Source: Balanoglossus misakiensis
Lineage: Eukaryota > Animalia > Hemichordata
Reading direction: 5' to 3'
Assembly (NCBI GenBank): GCA_040954595.2
Contig: CM082584.2
Location: 4,654,110 to 4,718,109, forward strand
DNA length: 64,000 bases
This document shows, piece by piece, positions 1-14,700 of the stretch. The notes beneath the pieces were generated by a model that ran no database searches, was not told the DNA's origin, and saw nothing but the letters and a program-made list of their open reading frames with translations. The first letter of the stretch is position 1. Every line of letters starts with the position of its first letter. The position numbers and the translations under genes are program-made.

Positions 1-722
1 ACGTGGTTTTTTTATGCTGTCGTAGTGTGAGGCGACAGCATAAAAAAACACGTCACCGTTCCCTACATCTGATTTTAATCAGATTGGGGACCGAGTGCCG
101 TGTGTGTGTGGACACACAGCGACTCAAAGGATTAATCGTCTGTGTTTACAAATGGCAAATGGTGTCTCTGAAACGTTTCCAGTTCCAGCAGTGGTCTTAT
201 TTGCACAACACAAAAACATAGTGGTGTTATGAGGGCATGTCAACATTTTTTAAATATAGTTTTTTATGTTTGGTCACGTTTTGCACACATACATTTTCCT
301 CTATTTTTTGTCAGTATGATACAAACCAACTTTGATTGAAAGTGTACCATTTGGGCAAAATCGTCGTGTGACGTGACACTTACTTATCGGTGACAGTTGC
401 AAACTGAAATTTCGAATTATTTCGATTTTTACACCAACACATTTTAAGTTTAAAGTTATCATTGTTCTGATATCACACATGCATCATAGATGTTTATTGC
501 AAATGTGCCATCGCCAGCTTTTTAACAACGCTACATCGTCCGAGTTCAGCCCTCAACCTCTGAAATGGGAAAACCGCACTTGGGTATGAAATCATTTTCT
601 GGGCATTTTCAAAACATATACCGGTATTACTCTAAGGTAAAAAAAAATACGACCATTCAGTCATCACTAACAGCGTCCCTTTCTCCAATCACAGTCAACA
701 ACAAACAAAACACAATCCTTAC

Positions 723-984
723 CCCTGTTAAACCTTTACTTTGTTTTGAACACCCGGCCGTGTTATACCACTGGCGGTGAAGTTGTTCCAAGAAGCCAGA
801 GCTGAAATATTTGTAAATATGCAGCGACACTTCTGACGTCAGGGCTGAATTTTTCTGTAGACCAATGCCGTAGCCTTCACTCGCAAACCGCTTACCAACT
901 AACTGCAGTTCACATTTTGGATCTGACGAGATGGTGTAATCTAATACAGCTGAATCCCATATAAATGCGTCCAACTGACGATTC
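723..984 (-). CDS. GRIN3: GluN3-like coding exon 5 (S2); gene continues beyond the left edge (M4 not seen)
   Basis: Acceptor ttccag|G and donor GGG|GTAAGG; 262 nt. Peptide LDAFIWDSAVLDY...DPKCELQLVGKRFASEGYGIGLQKNSALT...GFLEQLHRQWY. The five exons total 2472 nt (824 codons) in frame. Confidence 0.95.
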
Positions 985-1281
985 CTGGAAGTCAGAAAAT
1001 TCCACGTTAATAAATAGTTAAAGATTCCAATCAGAGGGAACTTAGAATCCGATATTCTCCAGGTATTTGTTTGGTAGTGTTTGAGTGTATGTTCGGTCAC
1101 AGTGTGCAATTGCTTTCATTAGGGGCCCAAGAACCCCCTTCCTCTATTTATATTGCTAGAGTTCATCTTTCTTCTTGTATCAATTATGTGTTCCTCTATA
1201 CTTCAAAAACAACTGATTTATTGATAGAAATTTAAGGGCCGCCCAACACATTCACTACATTTTGTATTTCATGCAGGTGTA

Positions 1282-1282
<1 letters not shown>

Positions 1283-1370
<88 letters not shown>
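1283..1370. repeat. (GATT)n microsatellite
   Basis: Direct reading. Confidence 0.98.
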
Positions 1371-2681
1371 GGGTTGGTTGATTGGTTGGTTGATGGATCG
1401 CAATTTAAGGGCCGTCGAATACATTAACTAAGCAGAACTTTATTTCCCAATTATTACACTTCAAATTTTCCTGCTTTCACACCAGCAAAATTATGTATTC
1501 AGTGTTAGGCATTGCTTGATCAGAAATTGAAACCTGATTTAATGTTGGAACACTTTTCCTGGATCATAGCCGAGTTAATCTTTTTAGTACGTCATAATGC
1601 TTTCACATCTGTCTGTTTGAAAAACCCCATAGGTATTAGATGTTACCTTGGAAAATTTTGTGGCTATGTTCATAATTGTAATTAAACTGAAGAGAAGAAT
1701 GTACGAGTTATTGAGTCATTGTTTTTGTCAATGGAGCTCTGACTATGGCTCCGATAGAAAAACCGTTTTGCCTATACTTTTTGTATATTCATTTCTGTAT
1801 CTCACTTTTAAGTTACATGATTGTGTACAGATGACGGCTTTGCAATTTCAATAGATTATACTAATGTCGATTATGGGTCTGTCAGACATGAAGTCAAGCA
1901 TTGTGTTCTTCTAAGAAAAATGAAATCAAAAGATTTCAGATAAACGCCATTCATCAAAACAGAGCGTCTATTATAGGAAATTTGCAATGTTCTCCGACAG
2001 ACAACGCTTTCCACTAAAACACATCAAAGTTTACATTTACGGAAAATCGAAAATCGAATTCACTTAAGCGTTTGGTGTCATTCTTTTATACTCATTTCTT
2101 TAGACTCCTTTAATTTGCGCAAAATTGCTGGTGCCACATTTTAAAAAATGTAAATGATTACTTTGCAGCAGTTTAAAATATATTTATAGGCAAGTACTAA
2201 CAGCGCGCCAGTTTGTAAAGGTGTGTGCAATTAGTCGCGTAGCTTGTGACGTGTACAAATGTACATGTATATTGCTTAAGTGTGTGCGCACCAGTCGATT
2301 ATGAACGTGTATGAAAATATTAGTTAACATGTTTGATTACTATGGGTTGTGCACGTGCATGCATACACATGAATTGTGTGGTGTGCGCGATTGTGTACTA
2401 GTTGCTTGTCTTCGACACCATTGTCGCTCTAATCAAGTTCTCCTTCAACTTACCAACACACGTTGAAAATACTAAGTAATTATTTCGGATCTCACATTTA
2501 TTAGTGTAGATATGTTTTCGTATCCTACAAAAAGTAGCTTACATAAAATTTGATATGAAATGAAAGTTTTCATTTTTGGAAAACGCAGTGAATTATTCAT
2601 TTCGTGACAAAGAGGAAACCACTGAAAAATGCGCGTGTGAGAATCCACATTCTGCAAAATTCAAACTAAACACAAACTTAC

Positions 2682-2827
2682 TTTAGCTTTAAAACTCCTT
2701 CGGATGTGTTATGCACAGCGTGTTTAGCTATTTTGGCCGCAAGATCCGGGTAACTTCGCCACAAAAACGATTCGGGACTGCTGCTTTTGATTGTCGCTGT
2801 GCGAAATCCTTTGGACTGGTGTTGTAA
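2682..2827 (-). CDS. GRIN3: GluN3-like coding exon 4 (start of S2; absent from the ORF track)
   Basis: Acceptor ttgacag|TTA and donor AA|GTAAGT; 146 nt. Translates LQHQSKGFRTATIKSSSPESFLWRSYPDLAAKIAKHAVHNTSEGVLKLK (cf. GluN3A LHHPSQGFRFGTVRESSAE). Phases fit both neighbouring exons. Confidence 0.93.
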
Positions 2828-3592
2828 CTGTCAAGAAGCGTGATAAAACTGAATAAGTTATGTGACGTACCATGACACCAAATTTTAAATAATATGTGGC
2901 CGTGATGTCATCAACGCTAAAAGTTATTATTTTAATGATCTAGCTAATGGCGTCCGAACATTCATTTTTGGTGCTATTTGTTAAACTGACTTTGCATGGT
3001 CCAATGCTCACTATTTGTCATTTCAAGTTATGCATGGTGTGCATAAAATTGAGAAATCGGGAGGCATCCCAGGAAAAACAAAGCTAGAAACCAATCGATA
3101 TGATCTTGATTGTATCAAGGAACTGACGTATGAGTCAAAGGCTCTGATAGATGTCTAATTATACTGTTAGTGTCCGCCTTTCTGAACAGCAGCGTACAGG
3201 ACCGGCTATATATCCCATGTACCATCTATATGATTTCGGATAGAAAACTCTAATATTTAATTTATCCACAGACGTCATCAGTTTCGTAGTAGTTTGGTAC
3301 TTGTAACAGATAAGTCCTTCCGACCACAAGAACACACGCATGCTGTGTTTGATATGATCAACGTTTATGCATCAAATAAGTGGTTCACGTTTGTTTGGAC
3401 TCAGAATTACCACTTGAGGAGAACAGAGAACAAAATAAACTACATGTACTGTATATACCCTTCTAATATATAAATGGCGATTGATCGTATTAATGAAGGA
3501 CTCGTCGCAGTAGTGGCATGATTAGCTAGTGGCATTGAAGGGCGTATCCAACAATGGTCACAGGAAGATGACAACAGACAGACACGACTTAC

Positions 3593-4673
3593 CTTGGGGT
3601 CATTGATGCCGGTGATTTCGTTTGGAAGTTTCTCAATCACCATAAACGCGGCTAAATTAGCGGTGTAACTTGCAATGAAGACGAGCGAGAAAATGGCCCA
3701 TAGGTTGATGAGAAATCGACTTGCCCAGCATTTGGGTGACTTGGTAGGCACAGTGTGTGAGAACAAAATGGACCAGCAAAGTGTGAGTGCTGACGGGAAA
3801 CTAAATACCCGAAGTCGATTTCTGCCGTTGGGTGTCAGACCATACGGACTGTGCCATTCGTAGATGGTGGCAAAGAACGCCGTAGCGTGAAGGGTAATGA
3901 ATATTCCGAGCCACATGGTCCATTCCAACGGTTCCATGAACGAACCCATCGACGCCGTTCCTTTGCGACGTGCCACGACGATACTTAAACTTGTGTCGTA
4001 GAAAGGTGCAGAAAAATCGATCACTTGGCTTCTGGCCGAGTTAATACTGAATGAGGCTACAGCCATGTCCGCTGCTCCTTGGATAAGATCACCAACCATG
4101 CCGTCCCATGACGCCTCGTGCTCCTTGGAACCAAAACTTCCATCTGCCACTATGTACAAATCATAATCAAAATTCATATCGCGTGCCAACGACTCTAGTA
4201 TGTCATACGCCATCCCTGAGCAGCAGTAAGCTTGGTACGATCTCGGTAAATTCCCGCCATTAGTTGAATTGGCGAATTTACCGTAATTCCTCCAATGCTC
4301 GAAGGCTGCAATGACGTCATTTCTTGTTGTCTTTCGCTCCGTTTTGGTTAATTTTAGACAAAGTCCGCCGCTGTAACACTCCTTGCGTTCTGCGAGATCG
4401 CTTTTGAACATGAAAGGTTCTTCAATGATGGTCACCACATAAATGTGTCGCTTGTCTTCGTCAATGACCGGCATGACCTCCGTCTGTCCTGGCCACAATA
4501 TGGAATTAATATTCAGTTCCTTCTTCGACCACGTTCCAACGTTTACCCACATCTTGTGTTGATCACCGTTCAGTTTTAAATTCAAAATGTCATACTTGGC
4601 TGCATTCAAGTCTCCGTGTTCGTTGAAAGAGACAACACGGTCATTTTTAATTAATTGAACTTGTTTTAAATAT
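3593..4673 (-). CDS. GRIN3: GluN3-like coding exon 3 (S1 ligand-binding segment, M1, M2, M3)
   Basis: Acceptor ttccag|A and donor AAG|GTAAGT; 1081 nt, phase 2 to 0. Contains SFSINSARSQVIDF, PLEWTMWLGIF, YEWHSPYGLTPNGRNR, FSFPSAL, PKCWASRFLINLWAIF and SYTANLAAF, which closely match recalled GluN3A/B sequence. Confidence 0.97.
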
Positions 4674-5117
4674 CTGGAATATAAAGAGTAAATGTCATCT
4701 TTTAATCTATTCATTCATATCATTCCGTGTATTTTAATTGCAATTGGATGCATTGTTTTTAATTGTTCCAGTTTTCTCAAAACTGCATTGTTTGTAAATA
4801 AAGAATTGACCCATCCAACTGTAGTTGTAAATAATTTATTTGAAAATTGTGACTCTGCGAGTTATTTCATATATTAACTGGGAAGACAAGCAATCCCTTG
4901 CTTAACGTCTTATCCCGCTCACAAAGCAGACAAATCGTGTTTTATAATCTATCTCGCATAAAAGTATTTAACTTTGCAATAAACGTGTAGCATTGCCTTT
5001 CAAATTCATTTTCACTAATGCCAGAGTATAGCTAATCTTCAGGCTCTAAATGAAGTAACAGGTCAGGGGGCTACGCAGGTGCATTGGAACAAAGTTGATG
5101 GATTATTGTTCTCTTAC

Positions 5118-5710
5118 CTGTATAGGCTTTCTCCTTGCTTTTGTCTTTCTGGCTGGGGAGTCCAGCAGCTTTGGGCTTCCTCAAACATCTTCGGCGTGTG
5201 ACTTGCCATTTTCTGCACAGCGTTGGCAATAATATGCACAGTGTCTTTGATATTTTCGGTCATTCGATGACTTGCCGAATTATTGATCCCAATCAGTCCC
5301 AATGGAAACTTGTCTAACTTTTTCTCGTCCTCGGTCAGCAACGTGTCAGTCACAATCCAGGCATAGCCGGCCTCCAACATTCCTAAATTTCTGACCTCTT
5401 GAAATATTTTCATGGCGTCGTTCATAGACACTTGCATAATAATCACTCGCGCTGTTAACTTCCCATGTGCAGTCAGGAGGGAGGACATATTCTTTGTGTA
5501 ACCTTGCGGTATTTCGATTATGGCTTCGATTTCCCACGATTCATCAGCGTCCGTGGTGGAAACCAGTTCTTGCACGAACGACATGCTGTCCGGATCGTCA
5601 TTGTGAATAATGGAAAACTTGTTCCAGTTTTTCCGCTTCAAAATGTCGAGTATTGGATGACTTTGCATGGCTAACGGTGGATCCATTCGCAGATACATGG
5701 GATGGATTTC
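5118..5710 (-). CDS. GRIN3: GluN3-like coding exon 2 (amino-terminal domain)
   Basis: Acceptor caacag|GAA at 5711 and donor AG|GTAAGA at 5117; 593 nt, phase 0 to 2. Peptide LRMDPP...KRKNWNKFSII...ARVII...GYAWIVT...FPLGLIG is typical of the NMDAR ATD. Confidence 0.93.
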
Positions 5711-8700
5711 CTGTTGGTAGAAAAGATACGCAATTGATTGAATCGCAAATACCCTTATGTGTATGTTAACACCCGCGGCGGGTGAGCTCATTTGAGTTTC
5801 GCAAATAAATTTACACTTCTCTCCTCTTAGAGTCTAGGCTGACACAACCGTTTCTATGTCTCTTTGACTAGGCAAAAAAAGAAAACGTACACTAAATGAG
5901 CGGTTCTACCTCAGTATTGTGTCTTGCAATATTACATATACAAAGTTTGTTAATTGATTGGATGTGCTGAAAAAGGTGGAAGAAAATAGAGTTGAAATCG
6001 CACGTAAAGAAGGAAATAAATGACTCCATACAAATTCTTGCATCGGCGGAGAGGAAGTAAGTTAATTAGGGTACAATCGAAGTCATAGTCATAACTTTGG
6101 TTAGTATGGGGCGCCAATTCGTCACAGTCTACGTTCAGGACAAAGTCCAGGTCAAACGCTTTCCTTTGCGAGTAATGCAAGGAAAGCTGGGCAGACAATT
6201 TATGTTCATATGCAACGAAATCCTGTTTGCAATGTAAACATGTCAATTTGGTCATTATCGCACGCCCCTGAAACACGTTTATCTCCAAACTATATTTGTC
6301 AGATTGACAACGAGTATTGTACACGGTGCATTCTTGTGAACTTAATCAACGTAGGGTGATTAGTGTCAAATTGAAAATACAGACTTTGTCGCCGTTGCCT
6401 GTCGGGACATAAATTTTACATCCCTCATTTAAGCTGCCATTATAGGCACGGGATGAGGAATACGACATTGTACGGATAGTTAGACGCCACGTGGTAGTTA
6501 GTAAATCAATCTATAAAGTTTGTGTTTGGATTTGATATTGAATTTGCATAGGCGACATCGTTCCAGTTAAGTCGTTTTTGATATCGGTCAACGCATAAAC
6601 GAGGCTAAATCAAAACAAATTGGGCTTGGCCGGTCCATTATGATTGGAGGGTGAAATGTGTCGATAATGACGTAACCGTTGACTTATTGTTATTGTTAAT
6701 AACATAGTAATTGTTAATACATGATAATTAACCCATCATCTTCGATCTTTCTATAAGCAGGTAACAGTTCAGATTTTTACGTATTCTACCAATGGCAGAC
6801 GAAGGTAGTGTGAGCGTTTCGTTGTAAAATGGTGGTTCAAGTGTATTATTATGCATCAGTATTTGATAGGATAGAAAAAAACGGATTTCAGAGTTTCAAC
6901 CAGAACTATTTCTTGAAAGGAGCGCATGTTCATTTCACAGAATTGTATATAACATTGACTACGTGTCACTTTAGATGAGACATCTAAAATTATGTTTAAG
7001 TTGAATGAGGCGGAGAAATATAGTATTTCAAACACAACCGTGAAAGGAAATAATTTTCTTGAATCTTAAGGTTCATTTCTGAATATTGATGATGTACAAA
7101 ATAAAGATTTACATCATTGTAACTGTGGGCTGAAAATACTGTTATAAAATCAGTACAGGACAACGTTGCGGGAAACAAAAAATTCTAAAAACCTGTAGAT
7201 TGTATTTTCTGTTTCATGAACCAGAATGCAGACATTGTCCTAATTGTGTTTTACTTTGATGAGAATAAGTGAACATTTCAGTTTAATGGAAAATGCATAG
7301 AGTGTAGCACTTTTTATGAGTTAAAGCCTTCACGTGGGCGCAATAACGCCAATTACCGTCAATAATGCGAATATGTAAAAATGCCACTCGTGGTTTTGAA
7401 GTGACCCTTCAGTTCCTTCAGACTATTGTATTAATATACCGGGTAATATGCACGTTCATATGACGTCTTGCTCAAATTGAACCTTGAGTGCTCCGCGCGC
7501 CATCTTTCCATTTTGCAGTGAAGTGAATTGTGTACAGTCTGTCCTACTTTTGGCGGGATTTCATTACTCGCGGGATTACAACAACTTTGGGTTCATTTAC
7601 TTCCTTCTATCTACTCAGGTTTCCGTCGGCGTGGTGAGCGACGTCAGTAATCCAAGGCATCTGGTTCTATGTCAACTGATATTTAAGAACAACTTTACAT
7701 CTGTTATGAGAATTAACGATGTTTGACTTCTTCATAACCGCCTTTTACTGCCTCCAAGGATACGTGTATGTCAATGGACAGAGCTGTGGTATAATTCAAT
7801 TAAAGTCTATGATCTTGAAACATACTTGTTCGAGACAAGCATACACAATAGATACAGTGAAACCATGCAAACACAATGCAAAATGGATATACATACAACA
7901 AAGAGTAATACCGGGATTTTCGTAAAGGCAAATTAATCCTGTCTTATATATGGTTCCTTCCTGTATACATTTTCATTAACATCTAAAATGGTCATATTCT
8001 AAAGACAAATGCCCTCGATATTATCGGCGAGTATTTGTCTGTATCATACTCGTCTACCAAATCATTATAACCTACATATTAATGTTCGTCTGATACTTCT
8101 TTATCTAGCGTACTTGCGATTTTAATTTCTAACCCAGGTTTCGACTCCTCCATTAAGCATCTCTTCTACTAACTTTTTAATAGCGAATAGACTTAAATGC
8201 ATTCGTGAAGAAAATTAAAATTGATAGCAACATTAAAATCGCCCTTTTTTTATTCTATAGGTGAATCAACTTTGAACGTCAAAACATTACATCCATATGA
8301 CACATTGAGATCGGATCACGAGCCAAACTTGTAACATCTACCACGGTTTGTGTGGCCAACAGTTTTGGTCTGCGAAGACGTCGTCGTATGCTTTGCACGT
8401 TGATTCTATTGCATGTTCGTGTCCCGTGATGTTCATCCCAAACAGTTTAAAGACCGACGATAATCTTATGCGCATGTGTGTAATTTCGTGTGTACAAACA
8501 TTACGTCCAATCCAAATGTTCTGAAAATTTTGTGTTCAACGCATTTAAAAAGTTGACTGCCTTCGTTTCCTTCCATATTTTATGCGCACCGTATAAGTAG
8601 ACTTTAGTTTTATCCCGTCTTTTCACTCAATTTGCAATTTCCCGACTATGGTCCACATACTATCTTGTTTATTGTCAGGACAGCATACTGCCTTCACATT

Positions 8701-11700
8701 GACTGTGCACAATTTTGAGTCTCTGGTTTGGCACATGCGCATCAGACGATCGTCGCCCTTTAATATATCATATATATTGCCGTTTACCAGAGAAGAAGGT
8801 GAAATCGCTCTCAATAGACTTGATGGACTCGATAATTGCACGTACAATATAACCACTCACACAAACACAATCTTCATATTAATGATTTCTGACAAGGCTT
8901 TGTATTTGTCATATTCTCAAACCATCACAGCGAATAGTAGCGTGACCGTTAAACACTATGCGGTGTTTCAATCTTGCTAACATGCACCAATGTAAAGCTA
9001 CTGATTTAAAAAAAATCATTCTGATTTTGACCGCAGGTGTTTAATCTAAAACTCTCTGTACAGTTTTCTTACAAAGACATCAACAGACACAACATTATTA
9101 AATGAGGAGCGGGACTGTGGGCTTTGAAAACATTCTTTTCAATGAAATTGCTGGTATAATTGTCATCGGTATCCAAAAGATCTTCATGGAAATTATATAC
9201 ACGAGACGATGGCGATGGATTAATTTGGAACTTGCAATTCTATATGCAGTCTTGTCATCATGAAGAGCATCTCTCTGAGACTAGAACCCATAATCCGCAA
9301 ATACAACGGACTTCAGTGTATAATGCGTTTGAAAAGCAACTCATCAATGTACATGCGGCCGCCAATATATGCTTTGGTATCACCCAATGCTTTGGTGTTC
9401 CCAAACGATTACGTCAATAAATTGTCTCCTGATGTAAAGTTTGCAGATCAACTCATAAAAGCGTTTGTTGGTACTGTCAAATCATATCTTACATTTAATA
9501 GACTTTGGCACAATGTATGCGCTTAAGCGGAGTGATTTGGTGGGGGGGGGGGGTCACTATTTCTCGCGCATGCGTTATTATAGTTTTACTAAATCCGGCT
9601 TGACTTTTTGGTGTACTAATATACAGACAACAGACGGTTGACTTAGTCTTAATTTTACCTATTTGAATGAAAATGTCTGTTACATTCCAGGATTTCGTAT
9701 AACGCATAAAATCTTATAACAAATGTGTAGAGAACAAAATCATTCCTGGTATTTTTTCTGGCTACTCAATCTAGCTTCGTGTACTTACCGGTAACGATGC
9801 TGGCTACCTAAGCATAGAACCTGTACCGATAAGCAGAATACTCGGTACTGCAACCTGATTTTGGGAGCAATTCAATTATAATAAATGTATGTAAGATTTG
9901 TTGTTTTAATGATTAGTGAATAACACCGGAGGATAAGACAAGTTTTTAGAACCGATCGAAGAAATAATGTTGTATCCAAGACAAGTCACCATTTCATTAT
10001 ATCTGGCATTGCCAAGCAACATCTGTTCGAATTCAAGTCAAGAAAGTTAACAAAATGATTACACAACACCGTATCTTTCATATTGTTCAAAGCTAGTGCG
10101 AAAAACGCGCTATTTCATTCGCATCTTTTTCAAATTTAAATACAGGGTCAGAAACATACTAAATTGTGTAATGACCCCTTATAAACTTGTCAAAAAATAT
10201 GAGCTCTGGCATCTTCAACTTGTTAATTAAGTCAACCGGATGCGGTGTATACTTATTACATTACCAATCCGAAGTATGAGATGCGAACGCACACGCATCC
10301 TGTGTTTGAAGTTAACGCCATTTTTAAAACGGCAACATTAACACTCAAGTCGTCAAGACCGTTTCACCTGTCACACGCTCAAGGTCATGGCTTTTATTGC
10401 ATTCCATTTTCAAGTGAATTGTCTGCATATGTCAATACTTGGCAATTGGCTGCTGTTATGGGTTTTCTTTGTGAGCTCCTAAGTACTGTCGGCATGTGTG
10501 TCGAATTTCCCAACGCAATTTGCTCGACTTGTACAATTTCCCCAAGGTTCCATTGTAAATTAAAATGTATGTGTAACTCTACGACATATGTCAGGTTTGC
10601 CTTGCAAAACATATATACAGAAATATAGCTGATCAATACAAGGTCTCAGCGGTTTACTTACAAGTTTAAACGTGCATGTAATGCTAAGATGATCTGAAAT
10701 TCCCTCAGTCATAACAAACAAAGCGAGATTTTTTTCAAAGCTTTGCTAGATTATTGACACAGTTAAAACATTTAGTTTTTCAACCAAGAACTATTTGAAA
10801 TTCGATGTTTCCAAAACTGGAAATTCCTTTTAGTAAAACTCATCGCATACAACTTAGGATCCGCTTGTTATTATTTTTATATTTTACCATCTGTATTGTT
10901 AACATTTTCCTTACCAGGAGATCATATATTGAAAAAGTAAAACAGCGCGTCAATAATGCTCTCACTTCCCCGTTGCATGTTGGTATATGTACTTAATATT
11001 TTGCCAGCTCTTCATTAGGATTCCAGTCATGTGTCGACAACGAGGCTTGACAGAAACGTGTCTCTGGTGCACATTCACAAAGTCCATAAGCTTGAGCTGA
11101 TCTTTCCGTCATTCGACATGTACTAGTGCATGAGCTACTGTCAAAAAGCTATTAAAGAACTATAGCAGCGTCTATCCCAGGAAACTTCAAATGAAGAAAG
11201 CTTCCGGGGTGTCAAAGCGACAGACAGTCGTCTAAAAGCAAGCATCACTTACCCGCGTAAGAGCTGACATGCGATAACCTAAGTGGTTTACAAGCTACAA
11301 CGCAAACCCACCCTAATGCATTCTCTGAATAGTTTTCAACCATCTCCACCATTCGCGGTAAAAAGCAACCCGTGACGTTTTTTGCCTCTTCATCTATTAT
11401 TCACATTCTCATTTCATTTAAAGAGACAAAAGACTGTAATTTGACTCGCACGCCGTGACAAATTAAACTGTATGAATGAAAAGAGATATAGAAGCAATTC
11501 AATGGCGAACGATATCCCATTGGTAGGCATCCAGAGACATGTTTCCATTAGTCACGGCTTGATTGTATTATCATTGAAGCAAATTGCAGACATTTCATTC
11601 TACATTTGATGCAAGTTGCACCCACGTCTATCTTCGGCAACAATTGCTTCAAGTGCGCAATGCATATAAATGCAAAAGACAGTTATTCCCTGAGAGTGGA

Positions 11701-14700
11701 TAGAAATAATTTCGGCATTGACAATCAAGTCACTGATCTCACTTGTCTGTATGCAAGAACCCTAGTCGTACATGCAATCCAAGTAATATGCAAAAAAGTA
11801 GCAAAATATTTATATATAGCAGGTTTCAAATGACGATATAAATTATTACGTTGATTTAGATGCATGACATAATTTTCGGCTCTTACGTTTATGGATTTCA
11901 TTTATTCGCGTTTAGCACCTAATATAAGATGTTTCCATATCTTTGGTAACATAGGTTTGGAGGCAGCGACGCCATTTTATGTACTATAACATTAAATAGG
12001 TATAAAATAAACTGTTTCGGCCATGCTGCATAGACAGCCTGTTTTCCCATGACTATTGCATTCAACAATGCACCGGGTAATGTCTCTTTTAAGTGGCACC
12101 ATAAAATTATAAGAAATAACATTTTGGAATTGTGGTTTATTACATCGCCTACTATCGACGCCTCGTCGGTTATAACATGTTTTACTGCAGAATCGAAAAG
12201 GGCATACCTTTTAATGTTGGAAGTTATAGTCGTAATGATGAATCTGATTTCACATGAGAGTTAACAGCACCTAACAGGATACGGCTGTTCCTGTTCGCGT
12301 CACTAGATATCTGTCGGTTTGCTCATCTGCAGTTGATTGCTTTCTTGAAATATCACTCCTATATTACACGATGGCGTCCCTCATTCAATTCGGGAAATGG
12401 GCAGTGTTTAATATAATTGTATCTCACAGAACTGCGTTCATTAAAAAAGTACAAAACACACTGCGGTATATTAAAGTCTTCACACAGAAACCAATATCTA
12501 TATGAAGCTCACGGTTACCAAGTCTCTGTGGAACAAGAATTCCAGCCTAGCAGTCTTCATCACTATTGGTACAGTATGAAGAAAACCGCAATATTTGTGT
12601 AATTTCTGTCAACTGTACGGCCTCTGCACTACACCATGATACCGCCTAATATGCGATTGACATCAAATAACAGTCAGGGCTTTCGAATGGCTATTAATCA
12701 TGCCTTGACTTTAAAAGGCAGGCAGAAGTCTCTGAAGTAATCTTTCAAGAAGTAGATCATGTCTCCATTCGAAAAGTTTAATCACGAAGAGGTCATCGAC
12801 CTGAGCAACTGATTCCATTTGACCTCTCAGCTCCATTTTCCCCAAACGTGATTATCTTCTCGGAACATATTGAACCCAGAGTGTAATTATAAAATGGTGC
12901 GAATCGAAGCTACAAGCTATACTTCACTATATGACTGTCAGGCGAAGCCAGCGAACATTCAAGTAAAAAGTAACTTTGCTAGTTTAGTCAGAACAGAAAT
13001 ACTTCAATTCTAAGATGGGCACATTTTTCGAAATGTTGATCCGAGTATATTTACTGATATGTTTCGCACCATAAACAAACAAAATACGCAGTTTGATAAT
13101 AGCTAATGTTGCGTACGTTTTACCCCATCCACTATTGTAAAATAGCCTTTTGGATCGACAGTCTATGACAACAACAACAACAAACGTGTTCAAGAACGGC
13201 CTTATTTCTATTTTCACATTCATGACAATCAAATTGAGGTCAAATACAGTGTACTGGCATTTGATATATTTCGCTTAAAATACCGGTACATTCATCTGAC
13301 GTGTCCAAATACCAATATTCCCACTTTCGGTGATTGACTTTCTCATGAGAATCTTTCATTGGGTCAAAGAGACATTTAAGGGGTCAATGCTCAGTCATTT
13401 AAACCATTTTCTCCGTCGCCTTCATTGTCGAAACGGACTATAACCCACACCGTTTGATGGTATTGTATCTGCCTCTATTGTCTATCAAGAACTGTCTCAT
13501 TTATACGAAGGAATGGTGCGATGGTTTCTACTTACTGCAATATCCTGACCGTCCAGACATTGCCCTACAATGAGTTATCAACTTACAATGAACATTACCA
13601 TTTACACACATTCCCCCGAAAGGTAACATGAAATGATTAACTGTCTATATTTTTCTGTGTTTCTAAAGTCTTGTTTCCTCTTGGACTCCCTAAGGACAGG
13701 ATAAAACGTCAAGTAAATTGCTGCGCTGTCAATGTATGTGTACAGTCGCCATTGTTGACGGAGTCTGGACGCGAATCCATACGTCAACATTCACTGAGTT
13801 GACAATCAGAATAGTGAATATTTGTCGCATGCAGGTGGGAATACTACACATACAAGCACAGAAGCAACGGAACTTGCCAGACCTCACCGCAACTGGCCCT
13901 TTAATCATGTCAACAGACATGTTCTAAACTGTGACCCTGTGGCTATATACACAGAGACCATTTCTAAACGTTTCGTCGCATCTGTCTCAGGTGTACTCTG
14001 CAGCTCCGTGGCAATTAGTCCAAGCATCGGCGAATGGCGCGGTCGTTGTTAAAAATCAATGCTTTGTTTATTTCATCGACCTTGAACGGGCTCAAATCAA
14101 AGTCATCATTTCATGTAGTTAACTGTTGTGACATTTCCTCTTTTATTGCAAAGATCTGTAGTCAAGGTCAAATAATCGGTTGGGGGAGACATTTATGTTG
14201 TAGTAATAAAATAGTTGTGATTCATGGTGTTTCGTAAAATTTATCTAAAAACAACCGCCATAAATATCGAACTGAGTCACTGTTTTTTATGTTATAACAT
14301 TTTTACCCTTTCGTTACCACAGTCTGCATATTGAACTTTCACTCGTTTCCAACTAAAGAGATATATCATAATCATATCATATCATATCATATCTCTGTAG
14401 TTTCTTTTTATTTCACCTTTCCTCACCCGAATAATTGTAACATTTAGATGAGCATTTTACCGTAGTCTGTCTGTCTGTCTATTTTCGTGGACATTACACG
14501 TCAAGTTGACACAATTGGTTGTGTGCTTGTTCTCTGGTTTCCAAAATTTGTTTTGGGAGTTGTAAATAACAGTGAAAATTAGTGTGAGTATTTCAGGCCA
14601 GTTCAAATATTTAAACCAGTCATTCTTGTCATAAATTGACTGGCGATGTTAATGGAACATTTTATTAAAACACAATACCTCAAATCTAAAGGAATTCGCA

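Noticed and set aside
1-720. GluN3 M4 exon
   Set aside because: No hydrophobic M4-like frame was found; the region looks intronic and repeat-derived (an element-end-like CAAAGGATTAA near 125-135).
985-1109. N-terminal extension of ORF 657-1109, and similar extensions of ORFs 3440-4714, 5114-5791 and 61034-61480
   Set aside because: Intron read-through beyond canonical splice sites; homology stops at the junctions.
13600-14240. Cluster of short overlapping ORFs on both strands
   Set aside because: No recognisable motif or consistent splice structure; compatible with chance in a locally GC-richer patch.
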